DNA of 37,996 bases. It comes from a virus. Lineage: Duplodnaviria; Caudoviricetes. The DNA lies in IMG/VR virus record IMGVR_UViG_3300033067_001864, positions 1-37,996 of that record. One strand, given 5' to 3'. The notes beneath the pieces are model-generated. The model was not told where the DNA came from and made no database searches. It worked only from the letters and a program-made list of their open reading frames with translations. Positions 1-9,906 of this stretch are shown in pieces (position 1 is the first letter of the stretch; each line of letters starts with the position of its first letter). A program made the translations under genes and the position numbers.

Positions 1-2561
1 GATGCGAACTTTACCGTGAAGATCTGCGACGTCGGATCGTAGTCGAGGAGGCCGGTCGTAGATGCCTGTCGGAAGATGGATCCATCGCCGAAGAAGATCC
101 CGCCGTAGCGGTTCGTCGTCGTGCCGGTTCCCCCGTTCGCGACCGTGAGCGTGCCGAGCGAGAAGGAAGACGGGTTCGTTCCGGAACACGTGAGGAAGCC
201 ACCCGGACAGGAGTTCGAGATAACGCCCGTGTTCGTGATCGTCGAGACGGATCCGGCCGCGGAGATCGAGATACCCGTGCTTGCCGCGACGGAGGAAGTT
301 GCGGTCCACGTAGGGACGCCGCCGAGCCAGCCGAGTACCTGTCCGTTCGTACCGCCCGTGATCGTGATCGCGGATGCCGCGCCGCCGATCACGGAGATCG
401 GGTTCGAGAGGGAGACGACGCCGGATGCCGTGAGGGAAGTCGTCGCTACGCTTGAAAGCGCGTTCGTTCCGTTTCCATAGAGAAGCTGTGAGCTCGTGAA
501 CGTACCGACGCCGGTTCCGCCGCCCGCGACGCCGAGCGTTCCTGAAAGGGAAGGCGTGAACGTCTGCGTATTGCTGTTGCCGACGATCGTGATACCGAGC
601 GTGAGGCCATTGAAGGATCCCGTCGAGGTCGCGAGCGTCTGCGTTGCGCCGGTCTGTGTTTGTCCGGCCGGACCAAGCGCGGTGATGCCGCTACCGCCGG
701 TTGAAAGACACGTGCCGTTTATCGCGTAGCATCCGGTCGTGATGTTGAAGCCGACGTTCGAGGTCGAGGTCGCCGATCCGGAGATCGTGAGGCCGGATAG
801 CGTCGTCGTACCGAAGCCGGTTCCGGAGACAGTAAGACGCGATGCGCCTACGCCATCCTTCACGTCGAGGAGCGTGCCGGCCGTCGTCGAGGAAACGGTG
901 AGAAGCGTATCTGCGCTTTGCGTCGTCGTAGCCGGTCCGCCGATAAGCCACCCGCCATTCGGGAAGAACCCGCCGACGTTCTGCGAATCCTTCGATCCTG
1001 CTTCGAGCTTCCATCCGAACATGAACGAGTTGCCGAGGCCGGCCGTGCCGGTCTGGAAGATGCGGATACCGCTCTGATCGCTATCGGCATAGTGCTCTGT
1101 ATAGAAGTCGATGAAGCGCTCGTTCACTCCGGCATTGTTATTGTCATAGTCGATAACGAGAGAGAGCGTCGATTCCTGCGATGCGCCGGTCGGCGCTTTG
1201 ATACGCATCAAGGTATAGCCGTTGCCGGAGGTCTGCGCGTCGCGCTGAAGATCGAAGAAGCCGAGGTTATGCGTCGAGAGAAGGTTCGTCTTGATACGGA
1301 CCGTAGAGGAAGCGTTGATCGCGCCCTGAAACTGCATAGGCGACGTCGTGGACTGATTCACGGAACCGTACACATTCACAGCGGTCCACGGCCATGCGAA
1401 AGAAGATCCGGTCTGATCCGTACCACAGGAGAATTGCCCGGTCGTTATATCCCAGAGGAGCTTCGAGGTCGCCGCGGTATCGCAGTCCGTCGTGAGGCCG
1501 CCGCCGCGCCATACGGTCGAGGAAGCGTATCCGAAAGAGGCGAGCGTAGAGGAAGCATTCGCGAACGTCTGAAGGCCGGACCATGAATGAGCCGTCGCCA
1601 TGTTGAGCGCGAGCGTGGAAGCGGAACCGCCGACGAAGGTTCCGATCGTGCCGGTCGTCGAGAAGTCGCTATTCGGCGTGAACGTCGAGGTCGCCGTGCC
1701 GTATGCGGATCCGGCGCCCGTCGCGCTATACGTGAGGACGTTGCCCGCCGCGATCGGCGAAGACGTCGAGAGGCCGGTTCCCGTTCCGGAACCGCACGCG
1801 ATACCCGTAGACGTAAGGAGGCCGGAGGACCACGAGGCGCATCCATCCGAACGGCCGGTATTCGTCAGTCCGGAGCCGGAAGGAATCGTGATGTTGCCGG
1901 TGCTATCGATCGTCGTCGTCGCGGTCCCTCCCACGGAGAGGCGCGAGAAAATAGAAGCCGCCGTCGTCGAGGCGCCGCTCGTGCGGATCGTCATGATATC
2001 GATGCCGCCGGCCGCGAGGTTCAGCGTGTCGGCCGCCGAGGACCATACGCCGGTATCGGCATCATTATTGAACGCATATGTCGGCGTGCCTACTGCGCCC
2101 GCATCGGCGCGGAGAAGGAACGTCTTCGAGTTCAGGCCGATGATCGGCGCATATGAGATGTTCGTATTGCTATTGAAACGGAACGCATGATTTCCGGACG
2201 TCTCGACATAGATCGTCTTCGGGCTCGTTGCGGGATCGATATAGAAGCCGGAATCGGTTGCGCCGGAGAATGTGTAGGACGGATTTCCCGCGGATCCGGG
2301 GTATGCGGCGAAGAGCGACGACGACGCCGTTCCGATTACGGAAAGCGTCGATCCATTCCACGTGAGGTTCGAGGATCCGGAGAAGCGAAGGGGATCCGAA
2401 CCCTGAAAGATGAGAGCGTTCGTGGTGAAGGACGTCTGCCCGGTACAGCCGGCCGAGACGAGACACGGCGCGGCTTTCGCGGGAGCGGCGAACAGAAGGA
2501 ACGAGGCCGCCGCCAAGAGTGCGAAGAGTGCCGCCGATCCGAAAGAAAGTTTCATAGCCAT
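1..2561 (-). CDS. N-terminal part of a ~1024-aa secreted-type Ser/Thr/Gly-rich fibre or surface protein (continues at 37996..37483)
   Basis: ATG at 2561 (MAMKLSFGSAALFALLAAASFLLFAAPAKA-AP, a Sec-like signal peptide). The frame is open to base 1 and is absent from the ORF track because it has no stop in the window. Contains ASST/ATST/ATTT motifs and fibre-like GTLGVAGGGTG and GTLTVANGGTG motifs. Confidence 0.85.
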   Translation of the reverse strand, partial: MAMKLSFGSAALFALLAAASFLLFAAPAKAAPCLVSAGCTGQTSFTTNALIFQGSDPLRFSGSSNLTWNGSTLSVIGTASSSLFAAYPGSAGNPSYTFSGATDSGFYIDPATSPKTIYVETSGNHAFRFNSNTNISYAPIIGLNSKTFLLRADAGAVGTPTYAFNNDADTGVWSSAADTLNLAAGGIDIMTIRTSGASTTAASIFSRLSVGGTATTTIDSTGNITIPSGSGLTNTGRSDGCASWSSGLLTSTGIACGSGTGTGLSTSSPIAAGNVLTYSATGAGSAYGTATSTFTPNSDFSTTGTIGTFVGGSASTLALNMATAHSWSGLQTFANASSTLASFGYASSTVWRGGGLTTDCDTAATSKLLWDITTGQFSCGTDQTGSSFAWPWTAVNVYGSVNQSTTSPMQFQGAINASSTVRIKTNLLSTHNLGFFDLQRDAQTSGNGYTLMRIKAPTGASQESTLSLVIDYDNNNAGVNERFIDFYTEHYADSDQSGIRIFQTGTAGLGNSFMFGWKLEAGSKDSQNVGGFFPNGGWLIGGPATTTQSADTLLTVSSTTAGTLLDVKDGVGASRLTVSGTGFGTTTLSGLTISGSATSTSNVGFNITTGCYAINGTCLSTGGSGITALGPAGQTQTGATQTLATSTGSFNGLTLGITIVGNSNTQTFTPSLSGTLGVAGGGTGVGTFTSSQLLYGNGTNALSSVATTSLTASGVVSLSNPISVIGGAASAITITGGTNGQVLGWLGGVPTWTATSSVAASTGISISAAGSVSTITNTGVISNSCPGGFLTCSGTNPSSFSLGTLTVANGGTGTTTNRYGGIFFGDGSIFRQASTTGLLDYDPTSQIFTVKFA

Positions 2562-2563
2562 AT

Positions 2564-3439
2564 CTACGATTGAATTAGTGCATAAATCTCACCGCCCGTT
2601 CCTACCGCACCGGGATCCGCGGCGAGCGTCGCTTCCGACGTGCCGGCATTCCACGTCCACCCGCCATTCTCCCGATACGTGCGGTTGTTCACGATGATCA
2701 GAAGCGGCTTCGATGCGAACCCGAAGATGAGATTCGAATCATTGATCGCCCCCGACGTCTTATCCGCGATCGAGATCGAGGTTCCGGAACTTCCGCCGGA
2801 ATACTGCGGAATGTTCAGTATGCCGTTCCGGAGCGTTGCCGGTCCGGACGTTCCGGACGTCGTAAGTGCGAAGAGCGCTTCGCCGGCCGGTCCGCCGCTG
2901 AAGAAGGATCCGCCAGCTTGTCCCTGAAGATCTACCCATTCGCCCCATGAGAGATCCGGATTCTGGAAACGGATGCTCGTGCCTTCCCATTCGTGTGCCG
3001 GAGCGCGGCCGCGCGGACCGCGCGGACCGGGCGTGCGCTTCAGGACTTTCAGGGCGCCGCGGAGTTTTGCGATCGCCGCGGTATTCTCGTCGCCCACTTC
3101 GAGCGCCGTCGCGAGGTCTTCCGATTCCGAGCTTTCTTCCTTCGAACGTTTCCATTCGAGCAAACCCTCTACGAGTTTCCGGATCGCACGGTCTTCCTTA
3201 TCCACGTCGAAGCGAAGCGCATTGATGAGGCGTCGGCATTTATCGAACATGCCTTGAATGCCGCGCTGTGTTTCGCCGCTTTCTTCCGCCTGTAGATCGA
3301 GAATCTCCTTCCGCGTATTCGCGAGGAGTTGAAGAATGATATGAAGCGCCTCCGCGACTTCTTCGGGAGTAGCCTTATCTTTATCGATAAGGGTCTGAAG
3401 CTCGATGAGCTGTTTCACTTGGGGATCTTCTTCGGGCAT
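2564..3439 (-). CDS. Putative tail/fibre-associated protein (coiled coil, short collagen-like GPRGPRG, beta-rich C-terminus)
   Basis: Start moved to ATG 3439 (MPEEDPQ), 6 nt after a TATACT -10 box. GPRGPRG is followed by HEWEGTSIRFQNPDLSWGEWVDLQG, a motif typical beside phage collagen-like segments. Confidence 0.6.
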   Translation of the reverse strand: MPEEDPQVKQLIELQTLIDKDKATPEEVAEALHIILQLLANTRKEILDLQAEESGETQRGIQGMFDKCRRLINALRFDVDKEDRAIRKLVEGLLEWKRSKEESSESEDLATALEVGDENTAAIAKLRGALKVLKRTPGPRGPRGRAPAHEWEGTSIRFQNPDLSWGEWVDLQGQAGGSFFSGGPAGEALFALTTSGTSGPATLRNGILNIPQYSGGSSGTSISIADKTSGAINDSNLIFGFASKPLLIIVNNRTYRENGGWTWNAGTSEATLAADPGAVGTGGEIYALIQS

Positions 3440-3477
3440 GGGTTCAGTATATCGCCCGCGTCCGAGTTGAAGATTCG

Positions 3478-3909
3478 TTATACGACGAGGCCGGCCCAGT
3501 CGAGCCATCCACTACGCGAGCGCGGGGTGATATCGAGCGTCTGCTCGACGCCGAGATACGAGATGGTGATGCGCGCGCTGTCTTCTTCCGGAAGCGGATA
3601 CGAGGTGTTGTTCGTACAGGTGAGGAGATCGATGCCGGCTATCTTTCCCTTGCATACGAGCGCCGGAGAATCTTCAGGAGCCGGGATAGCATCGATCACG
3701 GCGCCGAGCGTGCCGTCCTGATTTATTTTCTTCACGACGACCGAGATAGATTCGCCCTCGAAAAAGTCGGCGAGGGAGACGCACAGTATGAAGGGATCTT
3801 CCTTCTCTTCCGGATCCTCCACGTAGATATGCGCCTTCGTGCGACCGATGCCGCGCTTGTCGGCCTCTTCTTTCTTTTCAGGATCTACCGGAGGTGTTTC
3901 TTCAGGCAT
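3478..3909 (-). CDS. Hypothetical protein (143 aa)
   Basis: Start moved to ATG 3909 (MPEETPP), 6 nt after TATAGT. Fills the gap between flanking genes. Confidence 0.65.
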   Translation of the reverse strand: MPEETPPVDPEKKEEADKRGIGRTKAHIYVEDPEEKEDPFILCVSLADFFEGESISVVVKKINQDGTLGAVIDAIPAPEDSPALVCKGKIAGIDLLTCTNNTSYPLPEEDSARITISYLGVEQTLDITPRSRSGWLDWAGLVV

Positions 3910-3916
3910 AGCGATA

Positions 3917-6900
3917 CTATAGCGCACCGTAGAGAACGGCGATCTGTTTTGCAACGAGGTTGCTGACGAGCTTCTTCTGCGCGAGATCTGCGAGATACGC
4001 CGCACGTTCCTTTCCGGTCTTCAGCTTTTTCATTTGCTGAACGATGTATTTCGCGCGCTCGCCGTTATTCACATTCAGCATTCCGATCAGTCGATCGTTC
4101 GCGTTCAGTCCCTTCTTCTCTTCAGCCGCGATCTTCGCGATGGCCTTCGCCTGTTCAGGATCCTTCGCCGCGATGCTTGCGAGGAGATCTCCGGCCGCCT
4201 TATTGTTTCCGGCCGCGATGAGCTTTTTCATCTTGCCCCAGTCGTCTTCCGCTTTCGCCGAGCTGATGAAGTTCATCGCATCCTGACGATCGATGCGGTT
4301 GAAGAGATCTGTACGCTCGTCGAAGAACTTGCGGGATTCGCTCGTAGCGTTCGCGCCGAAGAAGAGAGCTCGCGATACGTTCTGCGGGGTAGCCGGAACG
4401 TCGAATGTCGGGTTCCCCTTGGAATCCTCTGCATGGCCTTCTATGAGCGCCTTGATGCCGGCATACGTCTTTTTGAGCTGAAGCCCGCCTACGGGCGGCA
4501 GGAGGCGAAATACGGCATCCTGTAGCCCCGATAGGATGAGCGGCGTACCGAAGCGGCCGGAGATGTTCGAGGTTCCGAAGACTTCCTGCTTCGTGATAGG
4601 AGCGCCGGTCGCAAACTTGGTAGCCGCCTGAATGCCTTCGTCCGGAAGAACCGCGGCGAGCTGTTGGCCGCCCGGAACGTTCGCGAGCACTTCGCCAGCT
4701 TGGCGGCCGAGGAACTTCACGCCGCCGCGCGCGAGGTTGCCTTCCTTCCGTTCGGCGTCGAGTTGCATGAATCCTTCCACGAGGGAATTGACCGGATCGA
4801 TCGTGATGCGCGAACCGCGCGTCTTCTCCGATGCTTCGTTCAGCATGTAGTTCGCGAGGAAGAACGTCGTGAGCGCTACGAAGTCCTTCTTCTTTACCCA
4901 GTCCTTCATGATCCACCATGCGTTCCCCACTTCGAGCGTGAACGGAATGACGAACTGCGCGGCGACTGACTTCTGATCGAGCGGCACTTCGCCGATACCG
5001 CGGCCAGCGACGAGCTTGCGGGTACGATCGTCGGCGTACTTGATAGGATCCTCCACCTTCTTTCCGAGCGCCTTCTCGTATTCGGAGTTCCATATGAACT
5101 TCGTGCCGATCATGTCGGCCTTTTCGAGAATCCATTTCGTCTGCTTCTTGATCGTCTGCTCGCTCGCGCGAAGCGGCTTATCCTTGAACTGGAACGGGAA
5201 TAGCTCGTCAGCCGACTTTGCATAGCGCTCCTTCAGGAAGATCGACTTCTCCATCGGCTCGTTCCGGATGAGCGTAGACGCGAGGGAGCGCGCCAGTCCC
5301 TTACCGGCGTAGAGTTTCGTATCAGCGATACCGGCCGGAACGTTCGCGATCTGCGCGAGGGCGGATCCGAAGTTCGCGCCGACCGTGTTCGCCTTCATGC
5401 GGTTATTGATGAAGCGTGCGGTACGGATCGTCTTGCGGCCGCCGGGGATGCGCTTCTGAATGTAGCGATCGAGCGGCGACGTGTTGCCGGTTAGATCGCG
5501 CGCGAAGTCGTCGAGGAACGTGATGAAGTTTTCCGCGCCCTTGCTCTTGAACGTCTTACCGTTCGGGAGCTTCATCTGTTCGCCTACGGCCGGAGCCGCT
5601 TCAGCGACCTTGCGACGGAGATAGCGGAACGTAGAGATCTGCGGATCGATCTCCTTTGCGTATGAAAACATCGGTATGTAATTGACGAAGCCCCCGATCG
5701 CATCGAGGTCCGTATCCTGCGTCTTGCGCGCTTCAGCGAACGGGAGGAACTTCGTCTTCGCCTTCGTGTATTCGGAGAGGCCGGCAAGCGACGGATCGAT
5801 GCCGGACGGCGTATCGAAGAACTCGCGAAGCGCATCGCCCCACGTGTCATTCATATCGCGGAAGTGGCGATAGTAGTTCTTCTTCTTTGAGATCAGCTTC
5901 GAAGGGGAATTAGGGTAGATCTTCTTACGCACGACGTTGAGCTCGTCGATGAGGCGGTCGTACTGTTCGCGGAACCATGCGTCGGCCGCGACAATCTTCT
6001 CCGCCTTCTCCTTGCCGAACTCTTTCACGAGATCATCCTTCGACATGCGAAGCCCTGCATCGAGATCGCTATCGCCGTAGCGCTGGATGGCGGCCGATTC
6101 CTTCGAGCCGCGGCGGAAGCCGAACTTCTTCACGACGTCCTGATCGAGCGAAGACGCGAGCTCCTTATTCGTATCGACGAAACGGCCCTTCGCTTCATCG
6201 AACGGATCGAGCACGGCCTTCTTGATCTCCTCGTATTTCTTTCCGTAGAAGTGTTCGAAGTTGCGGTACACGTCGCGCCATCCGCCGGCGAATCCGGAGA
6301 TATCCTTATACTCGTCGCGCACGAGCTGTTGCGTAGAGAGATCATCGATAGCCTTCACGCCCTTGCGCGGAACGATCGCGATCTCATCGAGCGCTCCCTG
6401 AAGAATGCGTGCTTCTTTCACGCGCGGCTTTAGCTCCTTCAGTTGCTTACCGAGATCCTCTACTTCCTTACGCATCCGGGCATAGCGCTCGATCTTCGCT
6501 TGCGCGATCGTGTAGTCTCCGGAGTTCTCGATGCCGGCATCGACGAGGTACGAATCGAGATTCACGGCATACTCTTCCGTTTTTGTGAGCGGCGGAACCT
6601 TGCCCGGCCACTTCTTATCTCCGGACGCGCCGGTGCGCTTGTAGTTTTCGTACGCCCTCTTGTGCCGGCTCGCGCGTCCCTGAATCTCCTGAAGCTCCAT
6701 GATCGTGTCGTCGGCCGCGTTGCCCTTATTCCGCCCAGTAAATAGGCGCTTATATACGCTCGCGATTCCTTCGTCGTCCGCGGCGAGCGCGTCTTCGAGG
6801 AAGGACTTGTGCATCGAAAGCGTCTCGTATTCATCGACCACCTTCTGATTCAGGTCGTCCCAGATGCGATCGTATTCATGCTCCGCGGCGACCGCGAGCT

Positions 6901-8686
6901 TCGGGTCTTCAAACTTATCCTTGATCGTGCGGATGAGGTTCATCTTCTGATCCTGCTTCATGAGCTTGCGGACCGTAGGATTCACGGACGTATCGAGGAT
7001 CTGCTTCGCGCTCTTCGGCATGTTCTTCTCCGCTTTGGCGGCCGCCTGTTCCTCCTTCGTGAGCTGTCGGCCGAACGTCTCTTCGACGGCGCTCTTCGCC
7101 TTCTTCTCGCCGGTCTTCACGACGGATCCCTTGAACTGATCATCGAGATTCCGGGCGGACCGGATAAGGTTCTCGATATTAGCCGCGCGCTTCGTTCGCG
7201 TGAAGCGATCGACGATACGGTTCACGACCGCATCCGGAAGATTCGGGAACTCGTGCCGCATGATGTTCAGAACTTCGTACGGATCCTTTGCGGCTCCGAG
7301 GGTCTTCAGGAGATTCGTATCGACGGGCGCCGTGCGGTAGTTCGTCGGGACGACTTCAGCCTCCTTCGGGACTGCGGCGTTCGCCTTTGCATGGAAATCT
7401 GATACGGCCGTCTTCTGCGCGCCGATCTGTGCGTCATAGAACTTCTCCGACTTCGAGAGGAGCGTCTGCTTTGCCTTGATCTGATCGCGGACCTTGATGC
7501 GCTCGCCGGTCAGCTCGCGCGGTACGCTTTCGAGTTTCTTCCGGAGATCTGATATTTCAGTACGAAGCTCCTCTACGCGCTTCGGGATAGATGCGACGTC
7601 GCCGAACTCCGGATGCGTATCAGCGATAGAGAGATCCTTACGAGCCGCGGAAAGCGCCTTCGTCTCTTCAGGGGTGAGCGCCGCGGCGAACTCGTCGGCC
7701 GTCTTGAACGACTTCGCGCGTTCAGCGAATGGCTGAAGCTCCGCGGGTACGGATTCGGTAGCACGCTCGACGACGGCTTTCTTCTCTGCGGCCGATGCCG
7801 CGGTCTTGGCCGCGCCGTTCACCATGCGCTGTGCGGCGGCCGCTTCTTCTGCGGTCTGCGCGTTCCGGAAGATAGGCGTCATGAAATCGAGCGCCTTCTC
7901 CGAGATGCCCGGATTCTCCGCCTTGATGATTCCCTTCACGATGTCGTCTGCATCCGCCTTTGCGATCGCTTCGAGCGATTCCTTTCCGAGCTTCACGGCT
8001 ACCTTGCCGCCGGCGCCGACGCCCGGTTCATCCATGAAAATAGATCCGAGCACGGCGAATCCGCCGAACGTGGTAGCGCCGGCCGGTGTCGCGCCCTTCG
8101 CGCTCGCGTAGCTCGTCGCGCCGTGGAAGATGTCCTGATAGGTACTCGCCGTATCCTTGCCCGTGATCGATTCGAGAAGCGGGGATGGACCGGAACGCAT
8201 CCGCTGTTCCTTGTAGCCGGGGAGCGAGACGTCCGCGATCGAGGTTCCGATGCGGATCAATCCCTCATTGAATCCCTGCGCGATACCGCCCGCGAGCTTC
8301 GCGGTTCCGATGTTCGCTTTCACAAGTCCGGAGATGATCTCTTCCGGAGTGAGGCGGCCGGTCAGGAACTTCTCGCCGGTATCGATAGCCGCGGGTGTCT
8401 TGGCCGCGAGGAACTTCGCCACGGCGCCTCCGGCCTTCGATGCGGCGCTCTTCGCATCATCGAAGATCCGGCCAGCCGCGGAGAGGTTCTGTCCCGTAGG
8501 TTCTAGAAAACGGCGTCGTAGCTCGTCCGCAAGGGGCGTCGAGCTTGTACCCTGCTGTGCGGGGGGTGTGTATAACTTTGGGGATAACGTCGTGGAGGGC
8601 GTCGGCGGCGTGAGCTTGAACTGCGTCGCGAGACGGCTCGCGATCGGAGCGACTGCGTTCTTGATGTCGTCGAAGAGGGTAGCCAT
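3917..8686 (-). CDS. Large internal virion / DNA ejection protein (1589 aa)
   Basis: Very long, Ala/Lys-rich helical ORF downstream of the nozzle and a smaller ejection protein, the position typical of podoviral ejectosome proteins. Confidence 0.7.
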   Translation of the reverse strand: MATLFDDIKNAVAPIASRLATQFKLTPPTPSTTLSPKLYTPPAQQGTSSTPLADELRRRFLEPTGQNLSAAGRIFDDAKSAASKAGGAVAKFLAAKTPAAIDTGEKFLTGRLTPEEIISGLVKANIGTAKLAGGIAQGFNEGLIRIGTSIADVSLPGYKEQRMRSGPSPLLESITGKDTASTYQDIFHGATSYASAKGATPAGATTFGGFAVLGSIFMDEPGVGAGGKVAVKLGKESLEAIAKADADDIVKGIIKAENPGISEKALDFMTPIFRNAQTAEEAAAAQRMVNGAAKTAASAAEKKAVVERATESVPAELQPFAERAKSFKTADEFAAALTPEETKALSAARKDLSIADTHPEFGDVASIPKRVEELRTEISDLRKKLESVPRELTGERIKVRDQIKAKQTLLSKSEKFYDAQIGAQKTAVSDFHAKANAAVPKEAEVVPTNYRTAPVDTNLLKTLGAAKDPYEVLNIMRHEFPNLPDAVVNRIVDRFTRTKRAANIENLIRSARNLDDQFKGSVVKTGEKKAKSAVEETFGRQLTKEEQAAAKAEKNMPKSAKQILDTSVNPTVRKLMKQDQKMNLIRTIKDKFEDPKLAVAAEHEYDRIWDDLNQKVVDEYETLSMHKSFLEDALAADDEGIASVYKRLFTGRNKGNAADDTIMELQEIQGRASRHKRAYENYKRTGASGDKKWPGKVPPLTKTEEYAVNLDSYLVDAGIENSGDYTIAQAKIERYARMRKEVEDLGKQLKELKPRVKEARILQGALDEIAIVPRKGVKAIDDLSTQQLVRDEYKDISGFAGGWRDVYRNFEHFYGKKYEEIKKAVLDPFDEAKGRFVDTNKELASSLDQDVVKKFGFRRGSKESAAIQRYGDSDLDAGLRMSKDDLVKEFGKEKAEKIVAADAWFREQYDRLIDELNVVRKKIYPNSPSKLISKKKNYYRHFRDMNDTWGDALREFFDTPSGIDPSLAGLSEYTKAKTKFLPFAEARKTQDTDLDAIGGFVNYIPMFSYAKEIDPQISTFRYLRRKVAEAAPAVGEQMKLPNGKTFKSKGAENFITFLDDFARDLTGNTSPLDRYIQKRIPGGRKTIRTARFINNRMKANTVGANFGSALAQIANVPAGIADTKLYAGKGLARSLASTLIRNEPMEKSIFLKERYAKSADELFPFQFKDKPLRASEQTIKKQTKWILEKADMIGTKFIWNSEYEKALGKKVEDPIKYADDRTRKLVAGRGIGEVPLDQKSVAAQFVIPFTLEVGNAWWIMKDWVKKKDFVALTTFFLANYMLNEASEKTRGSRITIDPVNSLVEGFMQLDAERKEGNLARGGVKFLGRQAGEVLANVPGGQQLAAVLPDEGIQAATKFATGAPITKQEVFGTSNISGRFGTPLILSGLQDAVFRLLPPVGGLQLKKTYAGIKALIEGHAEDSKGNPTFDVPATPQNVSRALFFGANATSESRKFFDERTDLFNRIDRQDAMNFISSAKAEDDWGKMKKLIAAGNNKAAGDLLASIAAKDPEQAKAIAKIAAEEKKGLNANDRLIGMLNVNNGERAKYIVQQMKKLKTGKERAAYLADLAQKKLVSNLVAKQIAVLYGAL

Positions 8687-8693
8687 AGGGGTA

Positions 8694-9899
8694 TTATCCC
8701 CCGGCCTGAAGGGTCTTTACGAGCGCATCGACGTCGCTCGTATCGTTTTTGAGCGTCTTCTGATACGCCTCCCATTCGGCAAGGGAATTGATGATGTTCT
8801 GCGGTGTCGGTATACCTTCGCGCGCGCCGCCGTTGCGGATGAATGTCTGTCGGAACTCCGGAGGCGTATTGAGGAAGACAGCCTTCGTCTGATCGGAGGC
8901 GCCGGAGAGATTCGCCTGAACGATCGAGCGCTTGTCTTCGTCGGTATAGAGATCGAATCCGGATCCGGTAGCGCTCTTCAGGTAGCCGCCTGATGCCGCG
9001 GTCGCATCTTCGAGGGACGTAGCCGCGCCGATCGCGCGCACGACGGAAACAGGCGCGCCATTCTTGGCGGCCGTGAGCTGAAGTTCGCCGATCTTCGTGC
9101 GCTCTTCCTTCTTGTCCTGATACTCCTTGTCGGCCGCATCGATCTTTTCTGCGAGGAGCGTACGCTTTGCGTCGTCGAGCTTGCCGGCATTCTCCGAGTA
9201 GAAGAACTGAAGGCCGGTGAGCTTCGTCTTCAGGTCTTCGGTTTCCGCGTCTACCTTCTGATCAATGATGCTCTTCGCCGTATCGAAATTGCGGGTCTTC
9301 GCGTTGAGCACGATCGCAAGGTCCGCGAGCTCTGATGCTTTCTGTACGCCGACGCGATTCACTTCGTTCTGGATTCCGGACGCGAGCTTCCCTTCCGGGT
9401 TGTTCTGCTGAATGTCCTGAATCTGCTTGTCGTATGCGCGGCCGCGGGATTCGATCTGCGACACGAGCTCGTCGATCGCCTTCTTATCCGTATTGAGGCC
9501 GGACGATTCATAGGCGTCAGCCTTCTTCGTCGCTTGCCCGGTGAGCTTCGCAAACGTATCCATGATCGTCTTCTTGCCGGTCGTCTGTTCCTTCGTGAGC
9601 GCGTCGGCTTCGGACGCTGTGCGCGCGATGTAGGAATCCTTCGAAGCGATCGCAGTCTCCGAGAGGTTCGAAGATGCGGAAGTCGGCGGGAAGTACGAAG
9701 CGTACGTGCCGGGATTACTGCCGAGCTGATCGGCCGGAATGGAATTGACCGGCGGGAGTGCGGTCGGCGCGGTCGTCTGGAATCCGGAATGCGGATCGAT
9801 GCCCGGTGCTACCTTCTGATCGTTCGTATATCCCGTAGATCCATCGGTCTTGATGTATGAGTATTTTCCTGCGGGAGTTGGAGCCGGTGCTTTAGCCAT
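8694..9899 (-). CDS. Internal virion / ejection protein (401 aa)
   Basis: Ala/Gln/Lys-rich coiled-coil ORF between the nozzle and the large ejection protein. Confidence 0.6.
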   Translation of the reverse strand: MAKAPAPTPAGKYSYIKTDGSTGYTNDQKVAPGIDPHSGFQTTAPTALPPVNSIPADQLGSNPGTYASYFPPTSASSNLSETAIASKDSYIARTASEADALTKEQTTGKKTIMDTFAKLTGQATKKADAYESSGLNTDKKAIDELVSQIESRGRAYDKQIQDIQQNNPEGKLASGIQNEVNRVGVQKASELADLAIVLNAKTRNFDTAKSIIDQKVDAETEDLKTKLTGLQFFYSENAGKLDDAKRTLLAEKIDAADKEYQDKKEERTKIGELQLTAAKNGAPVSVVRAIGAATSLEDATAASGGYLKSATGSGFDLYTDEDKRSIVQANLSGASDQTKAVFLNTPPEFRQTFIRNGGAREGIPTPQNIINSLAEWEAYQKTLKNDTSDVDALVKTLQAGG

Positions 9900-9906
9900 A
9901 GTTGGA

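Noticed and set aside
121-2573. Plus-strand ORFs in the track (e.g. 121..480, 918..1586, 1600..2190)
   Set aside because: They are antisense shadows (Val/Pro- or Arg-rich) of the long minus-strand Ser/Thr-rich gene. The same applies to most plus-strand ORFs between 2.6 and 28 kb and between 34 and 38 kb.
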